Part shown: positions 22,468-30,839 of the stretch, piece after piece | Numbering within the stretch: position 1 is the first letter of the stretch | How the letters are laid out: each line of letters begins with the position of its first letter | Assembly (NCBI GenBank): GCA_963807915.1 | Contig: CAWEDO010000002.1 | Coordinates: 297,502 to 361,501, forward strand | Length of the DNA stretch: 64,000 nt | Source: an uncultured Chloroflexia bacterium | Lineage (GTDB): Bacteria; Chloroflexota; Limnocylindria; QHBO01 | Direction of reading: 5' to 3' | Notes under the pieces: generated by a model | Database searches by the model: none | The model's input: only the letters and a program-made list of their open reading frames with translations | What the model was told of the DNA's origin: nothing | Made by a program: the position numbers and the translations under genes

Positions 22468-22704
22468 TCACTTCTTGCGGAGCAGGTAGCGGAAGACATT
22501 GCCGTCGACCGATGACTCGACCAGCGTGTGGCCGGTCGTCTTCGACCAGGCGATGAAGTCCTTGGTGGATCCGGGATCGGTGGCGAGTACCTCGACCAGG
22601 TCGCCGGAGGCCAGCTCCTTGATCGCCAGCGCCGTCTTCACGATCGGCAGCGGGCACGACAGGCCACGGGCATCGACGGTCTTTGTGGCGGCGGTAAGGG
22701 TCAT
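22468..22704 (-). CDS. tusA: TusA-family sulfurtransferase
   Basis: 78 aa with the CPLP motif in DARGLSCPLPIVKTALAIKEL. Start ATG verified at 22702-22704. Confidence 0.8.
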   Translation of the reverse strand: MTLTAATKTVDARGLSCPLPIVKTALAIKELASGDLVEVLATDPGSTKDFIAWSKTTGHTLVESSVDGNVFRYLLRKK

Positions 22705-22724
22705 TGCGTGGTTCCCTTCAGGCT

Positions 22725-23138
22725 TCAGATGAAGACGACCTGACCCTCGCCGGCGGCGAGCCAGAAGGCGGTGACGCCCTCCACCCCGTCGACCAGCGGG
22801 TCGAGGTCGGCTTCGGTGATTCGGAGGAGATCCATGGAGAGGGTGCAGGCCTGGATCTCGACCCCGCCGAGCTCCTTCGCCTGCCGCATCGTTTCGTGCC
22901 ACGGTGCCTGCCCTGCGGCTCGCAGCGCCGTGGTGGCCTCGAGGCCCTCGGCGCCGGCCTCGGGAGCGAGCCCATGGTCGTCGGCGATCCGGTCGGCCCG
23001 GAAGGCGTCGAGCGCCCAGTACTGGAGGAAGACGTGCACCGGGCGACCGATCGCGGCCGCGCCGGCGGTCAGCACCGCTGCGGCGTTGAGCTTGTCGTCG
23101 GTGCCGGAGAACATCACGAGTGAGAGGGTCTGGTCCAT
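22725..23138 (-). CDS. DsrE/DsrF-like (COG2210) sulfur-relay protein
   Basis: 137 aa with MFSGTDDKL N-terminus, conserved Cys in EIQACTLSMD and C-terminal GQVVFI. Paralogous to the 40505-40912 protein. Confidence 0.7.
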   Translation of the reverse strand: MDQTLSLVMFSGTDDKLNAAAVLTAGAAAIGRPVHVFLQYWALDAFRADRIADDHGLAPEAGAEGLEATTALRAAGQAPWHETMRQAKELGGVEIQACTLSMDLLRITEADLDPLVDGVEGVTAFWLAAGEGQVVFI

Positions 23139-23144
23139 CGGTTC

Positions 23145-23495
23145 CTACCTGTGGCCGGCCGCGGCCGGGATGGGGACGTCCACCGGTCGCGCCGAGAGCT
23201 CGGCGAGGCGGGCCAGGCGTCGTTGGAGAGCTGCGCGCATGAGGCGGCAGGCGGCGATGATGTCCGGGTCCGCCAGGCGGTACCGGATCTCACGCCCGTC
23301 GCGCTCGGCGAGCACCAGGCCCGCGGCGCGCATCAGCGCCAGGTGCTGGGAGACGTTTGGCTGAGCGAGCGCCATCCGTTCGGCCAGGTGGCCGACCGTC
23401 ATCGGTTCGTCAGCCAGCAGGTGCGCCATCTCCAGGCGCCGAGCATTGCCGAGCATCTTGAGAACGTCGGCCTGGAGCTCGTAGATCGGTTCCAT
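23145..23495 (-). CDS. ArsR/SmtB-family transcriptional regulator
   Basis: Winged HTH (LGNARRLEMAHLLADEPMTVGHLAERMALAQPNVSQHLALMRAAGLV) with a single Cys (IAACRLM) in the C-terminal helix. Paralogous to 40909-41283. Confidence 0.85.
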   Translation of the reverse strand: MEPIYELQADVLKMLGNARRLEMAHLLADEPMTVGHLAERMALAQPNVSQHLALMRAAGLVLAERDGREIRYRLADPDIIAACRLMRAALQRRLARLAELSARPVDVPIPAAAGHR

Positions 23496-23640
23496 GTCGC
23501 AACGATGCGACGCATGCGCATCTGCGCATCAGTGCCGTGGTGCCCGTCATCGGATGACATCCGGCATGGCCACCAATGCCGACCGGCGCCGTGGTGCGGT
23601 AGCTGGCGGACTGGGCGACTCCCGAGGACCGTCCGGGTCG

Positions 23641-25281
23641 TCAGCCGGCGCCGGACAGCTCCTGCAGGGTCCGCCAGTTGGCGAGGCGGTCCTCCTGGGT
23701 CGCCAGGATCTCCGGCGTCGGAGCGCCATCGTCCGGGAAGTGCTGCCGGAAGCGTCCCTCGGTGCGGGCGAACGCGAGGAAGTCGACCACGCTGCCGCCC
23801 GGCACGGTGTACCAGTCCTCCCGCGGGGCGGGGTTGCCCTGGAGGCTGAGCCGTTCGGCGATGGTCGGTCCCTTGCGCGGATCGTAGACGAAGAGCGGGA
23901 AGGCCCGCGAGCTGACGGCCAGCTTGGCCTGCGCGGTCGACGCGTCATCCGCGATGCCATGCTCCGGTTGGCACGGGGTGTAGACGACCACCACGGCGGG
24001 ACCCGGGTACTCGTTGGCCTCCATCACCGCCCGATAGAAGTGGTTGATGTGCGCGGGCGTCGTCTGCGCGACGTACACCTCGCCGTGACTCATCAGGATC
24101 CGGCCCAGCTCCTTGCGACGCTCGGCGCGTCCGTGCAGCTCCTTGCCGAAGGCCGACAGCTTCGTGACCTGGCCGCCGAAGGTCGCGGTCGAGGCCTGGC
24201 CGCCGGTGTTGGAGTAGACCTGCGTGTCGAGGACCATGACCTTGATGTCCGCGCCGGAGGCGACCATGCGCGAGAGCGACTGGAAGCCGATGTCGTACAT
24301 CGCGCCGTCGCCGCCGATCACCCAGAGCTTCCGGTCGGCGTGGCCCGCCTGGTCCCAGCGCGCCCGGATGCCCATCGCATCGGCCGGCGCGTTCTCGAAC
24401 AGCGAGTTGGTCCACGGCACGAGGAAGGGGTTGTACGGGTAGGTGGCGCCGTAGACGGTGTTGCAGCCGGTGGCCGCCACGATCCCCATCGATTCGGGGC
24501 CGTGAACCTGCCGGGTGGCGGCGACGAGCATCCGGATCGCGGACGCTTCGCCACAGCCGGCGCAGCTTCCCGCGCCGCCGACGTAGCCGATGGCGTGCTC
24601 GCCGAGCATCAGGTCCGCGAGCGCCTTCTCGGAGCGGTACTCGGCCGGGGTGGGCGGCAGGGAGCGGAAGAAGGCCATGTCGCGGGCGTATCGGTCCAGG
24701 GTGGACTCGCCCGACGGCTCCTCGGCGACCTTGGTTTGCATGTGGAGCGCGTCGTAGCCGAGGGCGTGGCAGACCTCGACGCACTCGGCGCAGCCCTTGC
24801 AGTGCACCGGGTCGACGAAGATCCCGAAGCCAGCCGGCTCGTGGCCCTTCTTGGCGGGCAGCTCGGCGTATTTCGTGGTCTGCGCGAAGTGGCTCCGCGC
24901 GGTCGTCTCGGCGAGCTCGGGCGCCGCCTGGCTGGCGGCGAAGCTCGGGATGAGCTGGTCGAGCTGACTGTTCGGCAGCGCCACCCCCAGGATCGCGCTG
25001 TCCGGGCAGGCGTTGACGCAGGTCATGCAGCCGACGCAGCGGTCGGCGATCAGCTCGGGGATCTGCGGCGCCAGGTGGCTGAAGTCGCGGACCGCCGCGG
25101 TTCCCGGCGGGATGATGCTGCGCGCGACGCCGGCATCGGCGGGGAGGCCCGCGTCGGCGGTACCCCGTCCGTAGGCGGGAACGATCCCGCGGTTGAAGTC
25201 GTCGACGTAGGCGTGAACGTCGAACAGCGGCAGCGCCGCGGCTGCTCGCGTCTCGGCGACCTCCTTGGGCTCAGTGATCAT
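23641..25281 (-). CDS. pyruvate/2-oxoacid:ferredoxin oxidoreductase, beta-type subunit (di-[4Fe-4S] domain plus TPP-binding domain)
   Basis: Two ferredoxin motifs (CVGCMTCVNACP and CKGCAECVEVCH) followed by the TPP-binding GDGAMYDIGFQSL motif. Collinear with domains V-VI of single-chain PFOR/NifJ. Confidence 0.8.
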   Translation of the reverse strand: MITEPKEVAETRAAAALPLFDVHAYVDDFNRGIVPAYGRGTADAGLPADAGVARSIIPPGTAAVRDFSHLAPQIPELIADRCVGCMTCVNACPDSAILGVALPNSQLDQLIPSFAASQAAPELAETTARSHFAQTTKYAELPAKKGHEPAGFGIFVDPVHCKGCAECVEVCHALGYDALHMQTKVAEEPSGESTLDRYARDMAFFRSLPPTPAEYRSEKALADLMLGEHAIGYVGGAGSCAGCGEASAIRMLVAATRQVHGPESMGIVAATGCNTVYGATYPYNPFLVPWTNSLFENAPADAMGIRARWDQAGHADRKLWVIGGDGAMYDIGFQSLSRMVASGADIKVMVLDTQVYSNTGGQASTATFGGQVTKLSAFGKELHGRAERRKELGRILMSHGEVYVAQTTPAHINHFYRAVMEANEYPGPAVVVVYTPCQPEHGIADDASTAQAKLAVSSRAFPLFVYDPRKGPTIAERLSLQGNPAPREDWYTVPGGSVVDFLAFARTEGRFRQHFPDDGAPTPEILATQEDRLANWRTLQELSGAG

Positions 25282-25702
25282 CGATCTGCTCCAGCAGGTC
25301 GGCCAGCGCGCGGACCAGGTCGGTGGTCGAGATGACGCCCACCGGGTGCTCGCCGTCCGGCGCCACGACCACGAGCCGATGCACGTGATGCTGTTCCATC
25401 AGCCGCGCCGCGGTCAGGAGCGTCTCGTCGAGGCGGATCGTGAGGGCGGGAGATGTCATCAGGTGGCGCACCGTCAGTCGCGGCCAGCTGGCGAGGGGCT
25501 GTCCTGAGGCCAGCGCCCGCACGATGTCGGTCTGGCTGAGGACGCCCTGCAGACGACCCACGCGATCGACGACCGGCAGGCCGGTGATGCCGCGGCCGCT
25601 CATCAGGCGCTCGGCGCGGTCGACCGATTCGTCGATCGAGATCGTGACCGGTTCGATGGTCATCAGCTCGCCCACGGTGGGGCCGGTGGTGTGGGTGGTC
25701 AC
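25271..25702 (-). CDS. CBS-pair domain protein
   Basis: Two CBS motifs (LMTIEPVTISIDESVDRAERLM..GITGLPVVD and HLMTSPALTIRLDETLLTAARLM..HRLVVV). Inserted between the two PFOR subunit genes with overlaps at both ends. Confidence 0.75.
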   Translation of the reverse strand: MTTHTTGPTVGELMTIEPVTISIDESVDRAERLMSGRGITGLPVVDRVGRLQGVLSQTDIVRALASGQPLASWPRLTVRHLMTSPALTIRLDETLLTAARLMEQHHVHRLVVVAPDGEHPVGVISTTDLVRALADLLEQIDDH

Positions 25703-27684
25703 GGAAGCGCCTCCTCCAGAATCGGTGGTGCGGCGACCGTCAGCGACCGGATCGGCCCGTCGACCGACCCGAGCGCCGCGGTGACGTCGATGACGCCGTC
25801 GTACGCATCGGCGATGACGGCCAGGTTTGCATCCACGACCTTCGCGCCGCGCTTGCCGAAGGAGCGCTGCAGGCCAGGCCGGATGCGCTCGAGCAGCGCT
25901 TTGCGATCAAGGCCGGCCTGCTCCGCGAAGGGGGTTACGCGAAGGAAGACGCCAACCAGCGCGACGCCCTGCATCCGCACCTCGAGGTCCGGGCGCGGCG
26001 AGCGGGCGCGGGCCAGCTTGGCGGTGTCGAGCGCGACGAGGCGAATGGAGCGCGCGATCATCTCGGCGCGGGCGGCCGCCGGCAGGGATGCCCAGATCTC
26101 CTCCGCGTCGGTGAGCGCGGTCTGCAGGAAGAGCGTGCCGCCGTCCACCAGTCCGTGCAGCGGCGCGCCGTAGCGGAAGACCGCGCTGTCCTGGACCGGG
26201 ACGAAGTCGACCTCCTGGAGCTCGGCATGCTGGCGGATCGGCTCGTCGGCGATGGTGAGGAAGTAGGTGGTCGGCAGCCCCTTCTTTTCGGAGCCGTAGC
26301 GCGGATAGGCCTGCACGTAGCGGCCGAAGAGGTCAGCCACCACGGTCGCGATGAGCCGGTTCGAGCTGACCGATCCGAAGCCGCCGACCGAGTGCCCGCG
26401 CAGGCTGTAGGCACCCGCCGGGCGAAGGTGGAGCGGCTCTGGTGCGAGCGCGTCCGGATGCGAAACGCCGAGGACGACCCGGCGACGCTGCCGTACGGCA
26501 TCGGCATCGGCCAGCCACTCGAAGACGGCAGCGAGGTCCCCCGCCGACACGTCTCGCGAACCGAGCCCGGCCGACGCGGAGACGACGCGCGGCAGGGGTG
26601 CCCCGTCGACGGCGCGGTCAGCCAGGGCGGCCTTCAGCTCCCGGGTCAGCGGGTTGTCGACCGCGGCGGGCTCGTCGGTGCGCTCGACCACGCCAATGAC
26701 CAGCGCGTTCCGGACGGCATGTGTCAGCTCTTCGGCCGGGAAGGGACGGAAGACGGTCACCGCGGCGCAGCCAACCCTGCGTCCCTGGCGGCGAAGGTGG
26801 TCGACCACGGTGATCGCCGTCTCGGCGATGGTGCCCATCGCGACGAGGATCTCCTCGGCGTCTTCGCAGCGGTAAGCCTGGACGGGGGCGTACGTGCGCC
26901 CGGTCAGCTGCTCCCACTCGGCGAACGCCTCGACGAGCGCGACTCGCTGGCGCTCGACGAAGGCGCGTTGCGCCACGCGACCCTTCATGTAGCTGTCCTG
27001 GTTGGCCACCACGCCGGTCATCAGCGCTTCGGCAGGGTCGAAGAGGTCAAGCAGCCGCGCGCGTGGATCGCCGACGAACGTGCGCAGCAGCTCGTCCTCC
27101 GGCAGCAGGATGTTCTCGAGGGTATGCGTCGTCAGGAACCCGTCCTGGCAGACGAGGATGGGCGTCTCGCTCGCCTCTGCCGCTCGACGGCCGATCGCCG
27201 CCAGGTCTGCCGCTTCCTGAGCATTCCGGGCGAAGACGATCCCCCAGCCGCAGTCGGCGACGCCCATCACGTCGTCGTGTCCGGCGTGGATGTTCAGCGC
27301 CTGGCTGGTCAGCGCCCGCGCGCCAACATGGAAGAGGATTGGCAGTCGCTTGCCGCTGATCGCGTAGAGGACCTCCTTCATGAGGATCAGGCCCTGCCCC
27401 GAGGTGAAGTTGGTGACGCGCCCGCCGGCGAGGGCGAAGCCCTCCGCAGCCGTCGCGGACGAGTGCTCGGACTCTGGCTCCAGGAAGCGCAGCGGCGTCC
27501 CCCACAGGTTCCCCTTGCCGTCTGCTACCGCGGCCTGGAAGATGGCCGCCATGGTCGTCGACGGGGTGATCGGGTAGGCGCAGCAGCCCTCGCTGACGCG
27601 GGTCTCGACGTGGGCAACCGCCTCCGACCCGTCGGCGATGGTGGGGATGCCGGGAAACGGGACAGGGACGGAGGCTCGGCTCAT
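25699..27684 (-). CDS. pyruvate/2-oxoacid:ferredoxin oxidoreductase, alpha-type subunit (PFOR domains I-III)
   Basis: PFOR N-terminal IADGSEAVAHVETRVSEGCCAYPITPST, with downstream domains II-III. Start ATG verified at 27682-27684. The upstream 111 codons of the ORF are shadow. Confidence 0.8.
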   Translation of the reverse strand: MSRASVPVPFPGIPTIADGSEAVAHVETRVSEGCCAYPITPSTTMAAIFQAAVADGKGNLWGTPLRFLEPESEHSSATAAEGFALAGGRVTNFTSGQGLILMKEVLYAISGKRLPILFHVGARALTSQALNIHAGHDDVMGVADCGWGIVFARNAQEAADLAAIGRRAAEASETPILVCQDGFLTTHTLENILLPEDELLRTFVGDPRARLLDLFDPAEALMTGVVANQDSYMKGRVAQRAFVERQRVALVEAFAEWEQLTGRTYAPVQAYRCEDAEEILVAMGTIAETAITVVDHLRRQGRRVGCAAVTVFRPFPAEELTHAVRNALVIGVVERTDEPAAVDNPLTRELKAALADRAVDGAPLPRVVSASAGLGSRDVSAGDLAAVFEWLADADAVRQRRRVVLGVSHPDALAPEPLHLRPAGAYSLRGHSVGGFGSVSSNRLIATVVADLFGRYVQAYPRYGSEKKGLPTTYFLTIADEPIRQHAELQEVDFVPVQDSAVFRYGAPLHGLVDGGTLFLQTALTDAEEIWASLPAAARAEMIARSIRLVALDTAKLARARSPRPDLEVRMQGVALVGVFLRVTPFAEQAGLDRKALLERIRPGLQRSFGKRGAKVVDANLAVIADAYDGVIDVTAALGSVDGPIRSLTVAAPPILEEALP

Positions 27685-27847
27685 CGGGCCTATGGTCTGC
27701 CCCGCGCCCGCGTGCCGATGAGTGCCGCGCGGACCCTCAGGGCATGACCTCCGGCCCCTCTCCGTTGGGACCACCCTGTAACGTCGCCCGTACGGTTTGG
27801 TGAGGGCCATCTGCCCCACCATGCCGATCCGCCCAGGAGAAGAACCG

Positions 27848-28378
27848 ATGCGTCTCGCCACCACCATGGCCGCCGGCGCCCTGCTGCTCGTCGCCTGCAC
27901 CCCGCAGACCGGCGCCGGGAGCGGGGCGCCGAGCACGGAGCCGAGCAGCGCCGCCGCCATCCAGATCACCGTCTCCCACACCGCCGCCGGCGACGCGCTC
28001 GCCGGACCGAACGGCATGACGCTCTACATCCTTGCGAACGACACCAACGGCACGAGCACCTGCAACGAGGGCTGCGCGGCGACGTGGCCGCCGCTGCTGG
28101 GTGACGGCTCGGCCGTCGTCGCGGGTGACGGCGTGGCCGGCACCTTCGGCACCACCATCAGGGATGACGGCACCAAGCAGGTGACCCACAACGGACAGCC
28201 GCTCTACTCCTACGCGAGCGACACGGCCGCCGGCGACTCGACCGGGGATGGAGTCGGGGGCGTGTGGTTCATCGCGCCGGTCGGGGCGGCATCGGCCAGC
28301 CCGCGGGCGAGCAGCGGTGAGCACGAGTCGGAGACGCCGGAGCCCTCGGCGACGCCATACCGAGCGCCCGGCTACTGA
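27848..28378 (+). CDS. secreted lipoprotein with Y-x-aromatic-x-x-D repeats (COG4315-like)
   Basis: Lipobox LLLVACT. Repeated GxTLYxxxxD-like units (GMTLYILAND, GQPLYSYASD). Confidence 0.6.
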   Translation: MRLATTMAAGALLLVACTPQTGAGSGAPSTEPSSAAAIQITVSHTAAGDALAGPNGMTLYILANDTNGTSTCNEGCAATWPPLLGDGSAVVAGDGVAGTFGTTIRDDGTKQVTHNGQPLYSYASDTAAGDSTGDGVGGVWFIAPVGAASASPRASSGEHESETPEPSATPYRAPGY

Positions 28379-28410
28379 GCCGGCGCCGCGGGGCGTAGAC
28401 TCGCCCAACC

Positions 28411-28620
28411 ATGAAGCGCAGACGCGAGCAGGAGCGTGACGAGGAGATCGCCCGCGAGCAGGCCGATGCTCGCCGGGAGGCCCTGCTCGCCGAGCTGAGG
28501 GCACATCAGACAGCCGCCCCGGCACCCGAGCCCCCCGTGCCCGAGGCGCCGGCTGAGCCGACGGCTGATGCCGATGCCGAGTCCGAAGAGCCGACGCCCG
28601 AGGAGCCGGACGAGTCCTAG
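28411..28620 (+). CDS. small acidic, Pro/Glu-rich hypothetical protein
   Basis: 69-codon ORF in the 246-bp gap between flanking genes. GC3-rich codon usage. No recognisable domain. Confidence 0.3.
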   Translation: MKRRREQERDEEIAREQADARREALLAELRAHQTAAPAPEPPVPEAPAEPTADADAESEEPTPEEPDES

Positions 28621-28623
28621 CGG

Positions 28624-29541
28624 CTACCCGGCCACCAGCGCGTCGTGGATCACGCGTGCGTCGTACAGCAGCATCCCATCCAGTGTCTCGGCTGCTGATC
28701 CCGGCGGCCCCAGGGAATCGGTGTAGAGCGGCTGGTCAACCACCCGCGCGTCGGTCTCGTCGGCGATTGCCCTGGCCAGCTTCGGATTCACCGCCGACTC
28801 GCTGAAGATCGCCGTCACGGCCTCCCGCCGGATCGTGTCGGCGAGCGCGGCGAGCTGGGCGGGGTTCGGCTCGGCGGAGACGTCGAGGCTCGGAAAGACC
28901 GACCCCACGAAGCGGAGGCCGTACTCGGCCAGGAAGTAGCCGATCGCGTCGTGGTTGGTCACGATGCCGCGCCGCTCGGCGGGGATCTCCGCCATGAGGC
29001 GACGGATCTCGACGTCGGCTGACTCCAGGCGGGCGACATAGGTGGCCGCACGATCGGCAAACTGAGCCGCGAGCTCGGGCCGAGCGGCCGACAGCGCGGC
29101 TTGCACGTTCTCGACCATGCGGCTGGCGTTCGGGGCGGTCAGCCAATAGTGCGGATCGACCCCGCCGGCGTCCTCGGCATCGTCCGGTGCGCGCAGCGCG
29201 ACGCCCTCGCTCATGTCCCGCAGGCGATCCCTGCCGCCAAGGGTGGCCAGCGCCCCCTCCAGCCAGACCTCCAGCCCGGCTCCGCTCTCGAGGATCAGGT
29301 CGCTGCGCTCGATGGCCGCGGCCACGGCCGTGGTGATCTCGAATTCGTGCGCCTCGGCGCCCGGCTTCAGCAGGACGGTGAGCGCGATGTCGTCGCCGCC
29401 CACCTCGCGCGCCGCCTCGCCCACCTGGGTCGTGGTCGCGACAACCCGCAGGCGGCCGTCGCTCGGGGACGGGGTGCCCGCATCGCAGCCGCCGGCCGCG
29501 ACCAGCAGCCCGCAGGCCAGCAGGAGCAGGAGCCGTCTCAC
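28624..29541 (-). CDS. znuA: metal (Zn/Mn) ABC transporter substrate-binding lipoprotein, ZnuA/TroA family
   Basis: TroA-fold sequence with metal-site residues (EAHEFE, DPHYWL, NHDAIGYF). Signal/lipobox LLLLLACGLLVAAGGC. GTG 29539-29541 forms a GTGA overlap with the zur stop, whereas the ATG at 29589 would overlap zur by 52 nt. Confidence 0.8.
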   Translation of the reverse strand: MRRLLLLLACGLLVAAGGCDAGTPSPSDGRLRVVATTTQVGEAAREVGGDDIALTVLLKPGAEAHEFEITTAVAAAIERSDLILESGAGLEVWLEGALATLGGRDRLRDMSEGVALRAPDDAEDAGGVDPHYWLTAPNASRMVENVQAALSAARPELAAQFADRAATYVARLESADVEIRRLMAEIPAERRGIVTNHDAIGYFLAEYGLRFVGSVFPSLDVSAEPNPAQLAALADTIRREAVTAIFSESAVNPKLARAIADETDARVVDQPLYTDSLGPPGSAAETLDGMLLYDARVIHDALVAG

Positions 29542-29993
29542 CCCGCTCGTGCCGCGGTCGTGGCGTCCTCCGCTCGGCAGGTCGCGCAACGGCCGTAGAA
29601 GTCGAGCCGGGCATCGTCGATCTCGAAGCCCATCTCACTGGCGAGCCGCTCGGCGATGGGGGTCACATAGGCCTCGTCGATCTCCTCGACCCGCCCGCAG
29701 CGCGTGCAGGCGATGTGGTGATGGTGGGCCGGCAGGCAGGCGACATAGGCGTAGACGTGGCCATCGAGCTCGAGGCGCCTCGCGACGCCGGCCTCGACCA
29801 GGGTCTCGAGCGTGCGGAAGACCGTGGCCCGCCCGATCCCCGGCTCGCGTCGCCGGAGGCTGCGGAAGAGCTGCTCGGCCGTCAGGCGGCGACCGCTGGC
29901 GGCCAGCGCGTTGGCGACGAGCAGGCGCTGCCGCGTGACACGCTCGCCTGCGGCCGTGAGGCGATCAGCCGCCCCAAGCCGGATTCGATCCAT
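29538..29993 (-). CDS. zur: Fur-family zinc uptake regulator (Zur-like)
   Basis: Fur HTH (RVTRQRLLVANALAASGRRLTAEQL) with metal-site HHHH and CxxC..CxxC motifs. Genetic linkage to znuACB. Confidence 0.8.
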   Translation of the reverse strand: MDRIRLGAADRLTAAGERVTRQRLLVANALAASGRRLTAEQLFRSLRRREPGIGRATVFRTLETLVEAGVARRLELDGHVYAYVACLPAHHHHIACTRCGRVEEIDEAYVTPIAERLASEMGFEIDDARLDFYGRCATCRAEDATTAARAG

Positions 29994-30026
29994 GGCCAGA
30001 GGCTAGCACAGGCGAGACTGAGTATC

Positions 30027-30839
30027 ATGTCCGCCGTGAGCGGCACCGTAAGCGACGCACCGAGCGGCCTGGTCCTGCGTGGCGTCAGCGCCGGCTACGG
30101 TTCCGGCCTGGTGCTCCAGGACGCCAACCTGGCCATCCCCCCCGGCACCCTGGTCGGCGTGATCGGGCCGAATGGCTCGGGCAAGAGCACCCTCCTCAAG
30201 TCGATCCTGGGCCTCGCCCCGGTGATGACCGGCACCGTCCTCCTCGACGGCCGTCCGATCGCCGAGCAGCGGGACCGACTGGCCTACGTGCCGCAGCGTG
30301 AGGCGGTCGACTGGAGCTTCCCGATCAGCGCGGAGCAGGTGGTCATGATGGGTCGCTACCCGCGGGTCGGCTGGCTCCGCCTCCCCGGCGCGAGCGACGC
30401 CGCCGCGGTCCGCGATGCGCTGGAGCGCGTCGCCATGGCCGACCACGCATCCAACCAGATCGGGGCGCTCTCGGGTGGACAGCAGCAGCGCGTCTTCCTG
30501 GCTCGGGCCCTGGTGCAGGAGGCATCGGTCCTGCTGCTGGACGAGCCGATGACCGGCGTCGACCAGACGACCGAGCAGCTGATCGTCGGCCTTCTGCAGG
30601 AGCTGCGAGACAACGGGACCACGATCCTGCATGCGACCCACGACCTCGAGTCCGCGTCGGAGATCTCCGACGAGCTCTGCTTCGTCAACCGTCGCGTCAT
30701 CGCCTACGGCCCACCCCTGGAGACCTTCACCCCGCCGATCCTGCACGCCACCTTCGGCGGGGAGCTGCTGATCGTCCACGAGGGGGAGCACACGCACGTC
30801 CATGGCGGCGGCCATCATCACGGGCCGGATCACGAATGA
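30027..30839 (+). CDS. znuC: metal ABC transporter ATP-binding protein (ZnuC type)
   Basis: Walker A GPNGSGKST, LSGGQQQRVFLARAL signature and Walker B LLLDEP. ATG 30027 is the first start after the shadow N-terminus of ORF 29715. Confidence 0.85.
   Translation: MSAVSGTVSDAPSGLVLRGVSAGYGSGLVLQDANLAIPPGTLVGVIGPNGSGKSTLLKSILGLAPVMTGTVLLDGRPIAEQRDRLAYVPQREAVDWSFPISAEQVVMMGRYPRVGWLRLPGASDAAAVRDALERVAMADHASNQIGALSGGQQQRVFLARALVQEASVLLLDEPMTGVDQTTEQLIVGLLQELRDNGTTILHATHDLESASEISDELCFVNRRVIAYGPPLETFTPPILHATFGGELLIVHEGEHTHVHGGGHHHGPDHE

Noticed and set aside
26155-27747. 530-aa plus-strand ORF opposite PFOR alpha
   Set aside because: Antisense shadow (R/G/D-rich).
28411-28620. Treating the acidic 69-aa ORF as a confident gene
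   Set aside because: Kept only as a low-confidence feature. It has no domain and no ribosome-binding site evidence, and could be chance in GC-rich DNA.
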